Of a stretch of DNA of 64,000 nt, positions 1 through 8,929 are shown piece after piece (the stretch's first letter is position 1; every line of letters starts with the position of its first letter). The translations under genes were made by a program, and so were the position numbers. This stretch comes from an uncultured bacterium. Its GTDB lineage: Bacteria > Bacillota_I > Bacilli_A > RFN20 > CAG-826. Where the stretch lies: assembly GCA_949299335.1 (NCBI GenBank), contig CASGAD010000017.1, positions 764-64,763 on the forward strand, in the 5' to 3' direction. The notes beneath the pieces were generated by a model, which was not told where the DNA came from, did not search any database, and saw only the letters and a list, made by a program, of their open reading frames with translations.

Positions 1-351
1 ATAGCTAAAGTTAGAAGTTTAGCTAATATTGAAGTTATTGAATTTAAATCAATTAATAAACTAATCGGTGATAAAGAGATTAAAGGTGTTGAATTAATTG
101 ACACAAACACTAAAGAATTAATTAAACTAGAAATTGAAGGAATCTTTGTTTATATTGGCCAGTTACCACCTACAGATTTTTTAAATGATTTAGGCATATT
201 GAATTCTAGAGGTTTTATTGAAGTTAATAATCATTTTGAAACTAAAATTGAAGGATTATTTGCTATTGGTGATTGTATTAATAAAGATGTTAGACAAATT
301 GTTACAGCAGTAGGAGATGCAGCTAGTGCATTACATTATATAAATGAATAA
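1..351 (+). CDS. trxB: thioredoxin-disulfide reductase, C-terminal fragment (5' end lies outside the window)
   Basis: Frame 1 is open from base 1 to TAA at 349-351. The translation ends ...IEGLFAIGDCINKDVRQIVTAVGDAASALHYINE, the FAD-binding G-D motif and C-terminus typical of TrxB. It is absent from the ORF track because there is no start in the window. Confidence 0.75.
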   Translation: MAKVRSLANIEVIEFKSINKLIGDKEIKGVELIDTNTKELIKLEIEGIFVYIGQLPPTDFLNDLGILNSRGFIEVNNHFETKIEGLFAIGDCINKDVRQIVTAVGDAASALHYINE

Positions 352-1054
352 AATTGGTAAAATTTTAAACACTATTATTTATAGTTTAGTAGTTACTTTA
401 TTTTCGTTAAGCTTTGCAATTGCTATTCCTTTATTTTGGCGTGGATTTTATTATTTACATATTGATGCTTATAATCTAGTTGAAGTGACTGGAGTAAGCA
501 AAAGTGATTTAATTTATTCGTTTAACGATTTAATGGATAGCTTAATGTTTTTTAAAACACCTTTTAGTGAAGGTGTGTTTCCTTTTAGTGAAAGTGGTAA
601 GAGCCACTTTTTAGATTGCCAAGTATTGTTTGTTTTAGATTATATTATTTTAATAATAAGTACAGTTTTGCTGGTTATTTATTTAATTTTACTAAGAAAA
701 AATAGAAATTTGATATATAGGCCATTTAACATCTCTCCTGCTATTTTTATGATGTTAGTCCCGGTAATACTTTTAGGTGCTTTAGGATGTTACGCCTTAA
801 TCGACCTAAATGGTGCTTACACTTTTTTTCATAAAGTTTTCTTTCCTGGAAAAGATAATTGGGTATTTAATAGCCATACCGACCCAATCATTAAAGCTCT
901 GCCAGAAGGTTTTTTTGTTAATTGTGGAATATTAATTTTAAGTGTATACCTTATTATATTTATTGGAATTTTAGTTTATAGTTTAATTAGAAAAAGAAAA
1001 TTAGGTAAAAATAAAATTTATTATTCAAGGAGGAAGAATCATGCCATTTATTGA
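344..1054 (+). CDS. integral membrane protein, TIGR01906/DUF1461-like (the family containing lipoprotein intramolecular transacylase Lit)
   Basis: 236-aa ORF with several hydrophobic helices. The segment SESGKSHFLDCQVLF resembles the conserved HF-x-D-x-K/Q-x-LF segment I recall for this family. The ATG overlaps the trxB stop region. Confidence 0.55.
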   Translation: MNKIGKILNTIIYSLVVTLFSLSFAIAIPLFWRGFYYLHIDAYNLVEVTGVSKSDLIYSFNDLMDSLMFFKTPFSEGVFPFSESGKSHFLDCQVLFVLDYIILIISTVLLVIYLILLRKNRNLIYRPFNISPAIFMMLVPVILLGALGCYALIDLNGAYTFFHKVFFPGKDNWVFNSHTDPIIKALPEGFFVNCGILILSVYLIIFIGILVYSLIRKRKLGKNKIYYSRRKNHAIY

Positions 1055-1385
1055 TTTAAAAACTAATGTAACTATAGGAAAAGACAAAGAAGAACTTTTA
1101 AAAACTTCTTTTGGAAGAATAATTGCTACTTTGCCAGGCAAAAGTGAAACTTGGCTTATGGTAAATATAAGTGATAAAGCAAATTTATATTTTCAAGGTA
1201 AAAAGGATCCTGCTTGCATAATTGAAGTTAAAGTCTATGGTAATAGCGTGAATGATTCCACACTAAATAAATGTACAAGTTTGTTAACTGAAGAAGTTAC
1301 AAAAACTTTAAATATCTCAGCTTCTCGAATTTATGTGAATTATTTCTTTACTCCTTATTGGGGTTATAATGGATTTAATTTCTAG
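1041..1385 (+). CDS. tautomerase/MIF-superfamily protein
   Basis: 114 aa with a Met-Pro N-terminus (Pro-1 is the catalytic base in this fold). Size and beta-alpha-beta-like pattern fit. AGGAGG lies just upstream, and the gene overlaps the previous one by 14 nt. Confidence 0.6.
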   Translation: MPFIDLKTNVTIGKDKEELLKTSFGRIIATLPGKSETWLMVNISDKANLYFQGKKDPACIIEVKVYGNSVNDSTLNKCTSLLTEEVTKTLNISASRIYVNYFFTPYWGYNGFNF

Positions 1386-1393
1386 ACTTAAAG

Positions 1394-1436
1394 TAATAGC
1401 CTAATTGTTTAAATTGACAATTTATGCTATTATTTT
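1394..1436 (+). terminator. candidate intrinsic terminator after the tautomerase-like gene
   Basis: TAATAGC (1394-1400) pairs with GCTATTA (1426-1432). An inner AATTGT/ACAATT helix follows, then TTTT. Confidence 0.45.
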
Positions 1437-1441
1437 CTAGT

Positions 1442-1515
1442 GCATCCTTAGTTCAGTGGTAGAACACCAGCTTCCCAAGCTGGCTATGCGGGTCCGATTC
1501 CCGTAGGGTGCTCCA
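1442..1515 (+). tRNA. tRNA-Gly (anticodon CCC)
   Basis: Cloverleaf read by eye. Acceptor stem GCATCCT/AGGGTGC (one G-U pair), D-arm AGTTCAGTGGTAGAAC, anticodon stem CCAGC/GCTGG with loop TTCCCAA, T-arm GGGTCCGATTCCC, and an encoded CCA. Confidence 0.9.
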
Positions 1516-2020
1516 ACTTTATCACGAAAACCTATATTAATTTAGGTTAAAAATAGAGAAAAAGCATGATGTAATCGTGTTTTTTTCTTGAGAATGAAAT
1601 ATATAATATAATTTTTAGTTATTGCAGAACGGAGAAAGCAAAAATTCACATAACTTTTTTGAAAATTCTTCTACTAATTTTTGATTATTGCTTCTTACTA
1701 AGTTTATGAAAAGAAATAGGCAATCTAATTCTATAAAAATGAGTAATATATAGCCTCAACAAACGAACTCTTAATTTCTTTTTGGATTCTAAAAATATAA
1801 ATATATCAATTTTTAAGTGTTTAATTTTATTTTTATCTAAAATTTTTTCATATGCAATTTTTTAGTTAAAAAGTGCAATTTTCTTAAATTTAAAGTATAT
1901 TAACAATTTAATTGTGTTTATTAATAAAAGTCTTCTGGAAAGAGCAATCCTTTGACAGTTTATCAAGACTCTAATTATTTGAATATTCGATAAAATATTG
2001 AACTTTGATTAAATTTAAAC

Positions 2021-2466
2021 TTAGTCTCTATCACTGGTTAATAAAAATATGATTAACAAGCTGCAAATAGCAAAAGTTGTTATAATTGAACTAAAGCCAA
2101 ATATCAATAGATTTGAGATGTTGTCCTTTGAAGTTATCATCAAAACCAAAGTCACAACCAAAAGCAAAATAAAAATAACTATTGAAAGAAATCGATACAA
2201 TGTTTTTTTCATTTTTACACCTCCAACATTAACTCTAACTGTTCCACAATAAACTGAGTTATATGAAACTTTAATGTCACTAGTACCCCGATATATATCA
2301 AAAATATCTCTGTCAATATTAAACCCATATAAAGAAGATTCTCCATCAATTGCTTGAGTAGAAACTTCAACAATTGGCTCAGGATCTATGTTAATTGAAA
2401 TAGTATTAGTCGCAGATATTTGAGATATACATAAAGCGAGTGCTAACGAACAAATTTTCTGAAATC
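2021..2466 (-). pseudogene. possible truncated or decayed membrane-protein gene (63-aa ATG ORF whose frame stays open about 85 codons upstream with no ATG)
   Basis: The ATG ORF at 2021-2212 encodes two hydrophobic helices. The same frame is open up to 2466 (FQKICSLALALCISQISATNT...VGGVK-MKKT...) and starts right after a TGA. The upstream part looks like the tail of a signal peptide plus an ectodomain. Confidence 0.25.
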
Positions 2467-2523
2467 ATGTGAATAATGTATAATATATTTATCACTATTT
2501 CAATGTTTTTCATTGTTGCAACT

Positions 2524-3099
2524 ATGTTTAGAATTATATCGCCAACTGACAGACTAAAAGCCGCATTTGCTTATGAACCTGCATTTAGTTTGTCAGTTGG
2601 TGTTAAAGAAATTTGTTCGTTAGCTAAAGTAAATAGATCAACTTTTTATTTGCATTATTCAAATACATCTGATTTATTAGAAGAATCAATATATAGATTA
2701 ACTGAATCGTTTAATAAACATTTAGGGGACGAAAAGAAAAATTTTAATATAAATGATATAAGCGACTTGAAATCGTTGTTTTTTATTAATGACAAATTTT
2801 TGATACCGTATTTGAATTTTGTGAAAGAAAATAAAAATATCTATAAAGCCTTAAAGGATAATCCAAAATTATTTAATGCTACTGTGACTTATGAAAACTT
2901 ATTTATAAATCTTTTTTCCCTTATATTAACCAAATTTAAAATTGAAGAAAAATTGCATAAATTCATTATGGATTTCTATATAGCTGGATTATCATCAGTC
3001 TTGTTTAATTGGATTAATACCGATTTTATATATGGAGTAGATGAAATAGCGAAACTAATAAAAGATTTAATTATTTATTATGATAAGGAAATTAATTAA
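2524..3099 (+). CDS. TetR/AcrR-family transcriptional regulator
   Basis: The HTH segment VKEICSLAKVNRSTFYLHYSNTSDLLEE matches the TetR consensus (...eIa..agvsrsTFY.HF.dK..Ll). The likely start is internal Met17 (MFRIISPTDRLKAAF); the ORF track starts at 2476. Confidence 0.6.
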   Translation: MFRIISPTDRLKAAFAYEPAFSLSVGVKEICSLAKVNRSTFYLHYSNTSDLLEESIYRLTESFNKHLGDEKKNFNINDISDLKSLFFINDKFLIPYLNFVKENKNIYKALKDNPKLFNATVTYENLFINLFSLILTKFKIEEKLHKFIMDFYIAGLSSVLFNWINTDFIYGVDEIAKLIKDLIIYYDKEIN

Positions 3100-3100
3100 A

Positions 3101-3713
3101 TTGTTAAAAAACAATTTTGATCTTAGGACTATAATCTTAACTTTTATTTCAATAATTTGTTATTTTCTTTATGCTTTATATAATGGAATTATAGGATTAA
3201 TAAATAAGACAAGCTGGAACTTAAGTATCTTTGTCTATTATTTTTGCTACTAATAGTTAAAATTATTCTTATAGTCGGAGAAATTAAATTATCGCAAAAT
3301 TCTAAAAAACGCAGAGTAATTATATTTGCATCATATTGTTTATTGTTTTTAATTACTGCATCTATGATTGGACCGGCAATTATATTATTAAAAAATAATA
3401 GAGAATATAATTATGGCAAAATAATAGCAATTGCATTTGCTGCATATACAACATTTTCTTTAATAATATCATTAGTAAATTTAAAAAAGACATCTTTAAG
3501 TAACAATTTAATTGTTAAACAAATTCGTTTAATAATTTAATTTCTACATTGATGTCTATTATTGTTTTAGAAAATACCTTGATTTTAGCTAATGGCAGTT
3601 ATAGTTATAATATGAAACTGGTTTCTTTTTATAGTTCTTTAATTATTATGCTTATTATATTAATTTTAATCATTAAGTCTGTTATATCTTTTATTAGGTC
3701 TAAGTGCTATTAA
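3101..3713 (+). pseudogene. multi-pass membrane protein gene split over three reading frames
   Basis: Three consecutive hydrophobic open segments occupy different frames: TTG 3101 to TAA near 3250, then 3244-3540, then 3519-3713. Together they read as one roughly 200-aa polytopic protein. The junctions lie in A/T runs. Confidence 0.35.
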
Positions 3714-3787
3714 ATAAATTAATTTTATAAATTATATTTTAATGTGAAAATAATAATTAAAGTACAATAATATAGTTGGTTATTATT

Positions 3788-4705
3788 ATGGTTTTATTTA
3801 TTAGTGGGAGAACTGATATTTTATCTTACTATCCTAATTGGTTTATTAAAAGAATTAAAGAAGGGTATGTAGATACAAGAAATCCTTATAATCCAAATTT
3901 GGTTTCTAGGATTCATTTTTCTAATGTAGATATTATAGTTTTTTGCTCAAAAAATCCTAGACCATTTTTAAAATATTTAGATGAGGTAGAAAGTATTTTA
4001 AAAGATGTGCCTTTGGTTTTTCATATTACTTTGACTCCTTATAATGATGATATCGAGCCAATAATAGGAAAAATTAAAAAAGAAGTTATTGAAGACATTA
4101 AATATTTATCTTCTAGATATGGAAAAGATAGAATTTTTCTTCGCTATGATCCTATTTTAAAAAATAAAAAATATACAATAGCTTATCACTTAATGGCTTT
4201 TAGTAAATTATGTGAATTATTAAATGGGTATGTCTCTTATGTAGTTATTTCTTTTATTGATATTTATAAAAATGTAAAACATAATTCGAAAGTATTAAAT
4301 TTAATAGATATAAATGAAAAAGAGTATGATTTACTTGCTAAAAGTTTTTATGAAATTGCTAGTAAAAATGGTATAGAAATTTTTACTTGTGGAGAAAAAA
4401 AGAAATTTCTAAATTATGGATTTATTAATGGAGCATGTCTATCTAAGAAGTATGCCTTAAAATTAATAAATCCACTTAATAAAGTTGTGAAATTTAAAAA
4501 GCAAACTAATAGAAAAAATAATAATTGTGAATGTGTTGAAATGGTTGATATTGGAGCTTATAACTCATGTTTATCCAAGTGTAAATATTGTTATGCTAAT
4601 TTTGATGAAAAAGAAGTGAACTCAAATTTTTTAAAACATAATGAAGATTCATCTTTATTAATTGGAGAATTAACTAAAGAAGATATAATTAAAGAGCGAA
4701 GATAA
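3788..4705 (+). CDS. DUF1848-family protein
   Basis: The N-terminus MVLFISGRTDILSYYPNWFIKRIKEGYVDTRNPYNPNLVSRI matches the DUF1848 pattern (S.RTDIPA.Y..WF..R...GY....NP.N...VS). The C-terminus is Cys-rich (CECVEMVDIGAYNSCLSKCKYCYA). ATG 3788 is preferred over the track's TTG 3776. Confidence 0.7.
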   Translation: MVLFISGRTDILSYYPNWFIKRIKEGYVDTRNPYNPNLVSRIHFSNVDIIVFCSKNPRPFLKYLDEVESILKDVPLVFHITLTPYNDDIEPIIGKIKKEVIEDIKYLSSRYGKDRIFLRYDPILKNKKYTIAYHLMAFSKLCELLNGYVSYVVISFIDIYKNVKHNSKVLNLIDINEKEYDLLAKSFYEIASKNGIEIFTCGEKKKFLNYGFINGACLSKKYALKLINPLNKVVKFKKQTNRKNNNCECVEMVDIGAYNSCLSKCKYCYANFDEKEVNSNFLKHNEDSSLLIGELTKEDIIKERR

Positions 4706-4825
4706 AATATTGGGTTTTTGTGAGGTTTTTGAATAAAAGAATAATTTAATTTGAAAATTAACTAGTACACATTTGTTAGTCTTTATTTTTAAAAATAAAA
4801 ATATAGAAACTTAAATAGAAAATAT

Positions 4826-4834
4826 TGATATAAT
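4826..4834 (+). promoter_or_regulatory. extended -10 promoter element (TGATATAAT) abutting the kinase start codon
   Basis: TGnTATAAT at 4826-4834 ends 7 nt before ATG 4842. No Shine-Dalgarno lies in between. Confidence 0.35.
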
Positions 4835-4841
4835 TAGAATA

Positions 4842-6192
4842 ATGAATTTTCAAGATGCATGGATAAATTTTTTTACTAATATATATGATGGAACTTTTAT
4901 CATAACTCTTTTAATTTTAGCTTTAGGACTTTCTTTATTAGAGTTAAAACTTTATAAAGATTATAAGTTTTATTTAAAGATATTTATCAAGTTTGTTATT
5001 TTATTTGGCTTGTTTACTTTGCTATTGGCCTTAACTTTCTCAAGTTTTTCTGCTTTAAAATTGATGCATCCAGCAGTAATGAATGTAACATATTGCGTAA
5101 TAATTGCAGTTTACTTTTTCTTAATGTACAAAGATAAAAATTATATTAATAGAAGTATTAAATATATAGTTTTTATCGCTGTAGCTATTGTCGATATGGA
5201 AGTATCTAAAGACTTAGGTTATGTTGCTGGTACTTTAAGTAACGATAATGTAGCGCTAGTTACTTTTGCTCGTTCAGCGCCTTTATTATTGATTTTTTCA
5301 TTAACTTTTGTAATGAATAAATTTAATATTTCTGAATATGAAAAAATTCCTGATTCAATTTTAACTATTGTTATTTTAACTTCTATTTTATTACTTGTTT
5401 CAACTGCACTTCAAAATTTTTTCATAGAAAATCAATTCGATATAACGATGTATATCTTATTTATTATAATGTATGTTTCTTTAATTATTATTTTAGATTT
5501 ATGCTATTTTTCTTTATATTATGTTACCTATTCAGCAAATAAAAACCTAGAGTTAGAGGTTAATGCTACTTTAACTAACGCTGAAAAAGAAGCTTTTAAA
5601 GTGTCTAAAGAAAATTATGAAGAGATTTCTAAACTTCGTCATGATATAAAAAATCATTTCTCTTATATTCATCTTTTGCTTGAAGCTAATAAAGTAGATG
5701 AAGCAAAAAAAGTATATTGAATCATATAGTGACACGAATTTGAAAGTTTTGAATGCTTTTAAATGCTCTAATGATACAATTAGAGTTATTTTAGAATTAG
5801 AATTAACAAAAGCTAAAATTGCTAATACAAGTTTAGATTTAGATGTCATTGTGCCAAAAACTTTGCCGATTAGAAAAACTCATCTAGTATCGTTATTAAC
5901 TAATATAATCGATAACGCAATCGAAAATAACTTTGTTAAGGATATACCGATTAAGGTTTCAATAAAAATTCATAATGATTATTTTAGAATAACTGTAAAG
6001 AATTCAATTGATACAAATAAGAGTAATTATATTAAAGAATTAAAGACTAGCAAAAGTAGAGGTCATGGTTATGGCACGAAAATTATTAAAAGTATTGCTA
6101 AAGAGTACAACGGTTACGCTGATTTTTTAGTCGAAGGCGAACTATTTATTTGTGATGTAATATTAAGTGTAAAAGGAGATACAAATGCTTAA
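4842..6192 (+). pseudogene. AgrC-like (HPK10, LytTR-partner) sensor histidine kinase, split by a frameshift in an A7 tract
   Basis: ORF 4842-5720 has 6-7 TM helices plus the H-box LRHDIKNH. ORF 5698-6192 has the N-box LLTNIIDNAIEN and the G-box GHGYGTKII. Removing one A from the A7 run at 5705-5711 joins them as ...VDEAKKYIESYSDT... Confidence 0.75.
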
Positions 6193-6922
6193 AATAGCAA
6201 TTTTAGATGATGATAATATTGCTTTAAATATCTCTAAAGGCGTTGCGACTTCTTATTTAGAAGAAAAAAAGTACCAATATTCTTTGTTGACATTTTCTTC
6301 GAGCTTAAATTTTTTAGCTAGTGCTAAAGAAGAGCACTATGATCTTGTTTTATTAGATATCGATATGCCTGAGATGAATGGTATTGAAGTTGCTAGAAGA
6401 ATTAAAGATATTAGTTTTGATACTTCAATAATATTTTTAAGCGAAAAAGAAAACCTTGTGTTTGAATGCTTCGAAGTTCATCCTTTTGGGTTTATTAGAA
6501 AAAGTAAGTTATATGATGATTTTTCTAAAGTCCTTAATTCATTTTTTGAACAATTTTTTGCTTCTCAAGATGATAAAGATATTTTAACTATTAAAACAAG
6601 CACGGTTATATATTCTTTTAAAATAAATGAAATCGTTTATATAGAAGGAAATAGAAATTATCAAACTGTATATAAAAAGAATGGTGAATCAACTAGTTTA
6701 CGTATTTTAATGAAGGATTTAGAAGAAGCGCTTAATGACAAAGGATTTATTAGAATTCAAAAAGGATTTATTGTTAACTCTTTATTTATACAAAGAATAG
6801 AAACTAAAGAAGTTGTATTAATTAATAAAGTTAAACTCCCTTTATCACCAAAATTAAAGGATGAAGTAATAAAAAAGTATCTTTCATTAACAAGGAACGC
6901 AAGTAATCTTTTTATTGATTAG
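6185..6922 (+). CDS. LytTR-family response regulator
   Basis: Receiver domain (ILDDD..., LLDIDMPEMNGIEVA) followed by a C-terminal LytTR-type DNA-binding region (IVYIEGNRNYQTVY...FIRIQKGFIVN). Overlaps the kinase 3' end by 8 nt. Confidence 0.9.
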   Translation: MLKIAILDDDNIALNISKGVATSYLEEKKYQYSLLTFSSSLNFLASAKEEHYDLVLLDIDMPEMNGIEVARRIKDISFDTSIIFLSEKENLVFECFEVHPFGFIRKSKLYDDFSKVLNSFFEQFFASQDDKDILTIKTSTVIYSFKINEIVYIEGNRNYQTVYKKNGESTSLRILMKDLEEALNDKGFIRIQKGFIVNSLFIQRIETKEVVLINKVKLPLSPKLKDEVIKKYLSLTRNASNLFID

Positions 6923-6950
6923 TTTTGTCCCTAAAAAGATAAGTTTTGTT

Positions 6951-6982
6951 AAGGATAGAAGCAATTCTATCCTTTGTTTTTT
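6951..6982 (+). terminator. intrinsic terminator after the two-component genes
   Basis: AAGGATAGAA (6951-6960), loop GCAA, TTCTATCCTT (6965-6974), then TGTTTTTT. Confidence 0.85.
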
Positions 6983-7058
6983 AAGTTTTATCACAATGTA
7001 AGCCCTTTCATAACTTAAATTTGTACTATTTATGTGCAATTCGAAAAGGAGGATAAAC

Positions 7059-8282
7059 ATGAAGTTGCAAAATAATAAACTATTCTTAAGTGTTTTATCT
7101 GTCTTAGTTTTAGGAGCTGGAGTGGTTAGCTGTGGTTCTACTGAAAACAATGATGATAAAACCGAAGAAACTGAACAATTGTCATTCGTTGGAGTTACTT
7201 CAACAGAATGGGATGCAGAAGTTACTGTAGGTAGCTATAAGTATAAGTTCAATATTGATCTTGAAGATAATAATGTTTTGACATTTAACGCTACTTGTAC
7301 AGGAAAGGGTGCAAGCCAAGGCGGTGGTGGATTCCCAGGAGGAGGATTCCCAGGAGGAGGATTCCCAGGAGGAAGTACTGAAACAGAACCTGAAGAGCCT
7401 GATACAACTGATTATTCACAATTTAGCTTTGATTTTACTGGTTCGTGGGAAAAAGAAGCTGGATATGGATATATTCTTAATTTCAATGATGATGCAAAGA
7501 CAGTTATTCATACAGACTACAATAAAAATCAAGGTAGACATCAATTCTACTACTTAGTCACTACAGATTCTGGAAGTGCTACAACACTTTTCCAAGCAAA
7601 AGATAGCGAATTTAGAAAAGAACTTGCTAGTGATTATAAGACATGGGATGAAAGAAATAGTACATATATTTTTACTGGTAAAGTAACTGGAAATAATAAC
7701 TCAGTTGCTAATGGTTATATTTATTGCCATAAAGATAATACAGCAGTATTTAATACAGCAAGGGGTTCTGATAGAGCTGTAACACTTGGATTAAAATGGA
7801 AATTAGAAAATGATACTTTCACTTTAATTGATGATAAAAATGTTCAATATGTCGCTGCAAATTCAATTAATGCAGCACATCCAGGATATAGATTATCTTA
7901 TTCAAGCTCTGCATTCTTCTGCTCAACAAATAGTAGTGTTAGTTGGAGTGATATGAGTAATGAAGACTTTGATGGCAAAACACTTTATCAATTTACAGGA
8001 AGTTATACAACACAAGGACCAGATGGTGGTACTAAAGAAGTAGAACTTAATCTCACTAATAACGACAATAAGATGTTCTTATATACTGGTGGAGTTTTAA
8101 GTAAACAAGGAACTTATAAATTTGAAAATGATATATTTACACTTTCGTTTGATGGAGAAGAAGCTGTAACAGTTAATAAAGGAAGTGATGGAAAATATGT
8201 CTATTCATTCCAAATTAAAGTTTCATCATTCTTCGGTGAACAAACTATCGATGTGTCATTGACATATGTACCTGAGGCATAA
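7059..8282 (+). CDS. lipoprotein with a (GGFP)3 linker
   Basis: ATG 7059 lies 8 nt after AAAGGAGG. The signal peptide MKLQNNKLFLSVLSVLVLGAGVVSC carries a lipobox. The mature protein has no recognised domain. Confidence 0.8.
   Translation: MKLQNNKLFLSVLSVLVLGAGVVSCGSTENNDDKTEETEQLSFVGVTSTEWDAEVTVGSYKYKFNIDLEDNNVLTFNATCTGKGASQGGGGFPGGGFPGGGFPGGSTETEPEEPDTTDYSQFSFDFTGSWEKEAGYGYILNFNDDAKTVIHTDYNKNQGRHQFYYLVTTDSGSATTLFQAKDSEFRKELASDYKTWDERNSTYIFTGKVTGNNNSVANGYIYCHKDNTAVFNTARGSDRAVTLGLKWKLENDTFTLIDDKNVQYVAANSINAAHPGYRLSYSSSAFFCSTNSSVSWSDMSNEDFDGKTLYQFTGSYTTQGPDGGTKEVELNLTNNDNKMFLYTGGVLSKQGTYKFENDIFTLSFDGEEAVTVNKGSDGKYVYSFQIKVSSFFGEQTIDVSLTYVPEA
7329..7373 (+). repeat. perfect 15-bp tandem repeat x3 (GGATTCCCAGGAGGA) inside the lipoprotein gene
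   Basis: Read directly in the sequence. Encodes GFPGG x3. Confidence 0.95.
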
Positions 8283-8283
8283 T

Positions 8284-8928
8284 ATGGAACAAGAAAAAAA
8301 TAAAATAGGAGTGATAAAAACATTTGTTAGAATAACAACTATCGCTTCATTAATTTCTGGATTAGTAATGTTAATTTTATTGGTTTTATTTAACTTTAGT
8401 GGGGTATTTACAATAAAAACATTACCTGGAACAAAATATGAAAATGGATTTACTTATCCTGGATGGCAATCAATTTTCTTCGGTATGGGTGAAATGATGA
8501 TCCAAGGATACACAGAATTTGGGTTTGATATTTATACTTGCTTAGGATTATTTATTCCTTTTATTGCAATTATAGTTTGCTCAATTATCTACTTAAATAA
8601 TTTAAAGAAAAAAGGAACAAATAGAAAAAAAGCTATATTAGACTTCGTAATGGCAGGAACAATATTATTCGGATCAATCATGCTATTTAATTGTGATAAC
8701 TTCTCAATCTTAATGGCATCTCAAGTTGAAGGTTCATACCAAAGTTATTATAACGAATACTTATTACCAGCTTTAAATGGAGAAGTAAGTTTCACTAAAG
8801 AAATATATCCTTATTTAATCTTGGTATTCGGTATATTGTTTACTTTAATAAAAACTGCTAATGGCGGGTTATTAATATATCAAAAGAAATATGCTTTAAA
8901 ACTTAAAAAAGCAAAGGAGACAAAATAA
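8284..8928 (+). CDS. polytopic membrane protein (unknown function)
   Basis: 214 aa counted from ATG 8284 (MEQEKNK). About 5 hydrophobic helices. The start lies 1 nt after the lipoprotein stop. Confidence 0.6.
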   Translation: MEQEKNKIGVIKTFVRITTIASLISGLVMLILLVLFNFSGVFTIKTLPGTKYENGFTYPGWQSIFFGMGEMMIQGYTEFGFDIYTCLGLFIPFIAIIVCSIIYLNNLKKKGTNRKKAILDFVMAGTILFGSIMLFNCDNFSILMASQVEGSYQSYYNEYLLPALNGEVSFTKEIYPYLILVFGILFTLIKTANGGLLIYQKKYALKLKKAKETK

Positions 8929-8929
8929 A

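Noticed and set aside
1516-2020. Integrase remnant next to tRNA-Gly (minus-strand frame reading ...RIRLPISFHKLSKKQ)
   Set aside because: It is only about 50 codons long with no ATG. The resemblance to the tyrosine-recombinase H-x-L-R-H box is too weak to claim.
2049-2252. 67-aa plus-strand ORF overlapping the 2021-2212 minus-strand ORF
   Set aside because: The product is hydrophilic and low-complexity with no SD. The opposite-strand frame is longer and encodes plausible TM helices. Neither ORF is strong.
7309-7557. 82-aa ORF with an acidic QEEDSQEEDSQEE repeat
   Set aside because: It is the +1-frame reading of the GGATTCCCAGGAGGA x3 repeat inside the lipoprotein gene and has no independent support.
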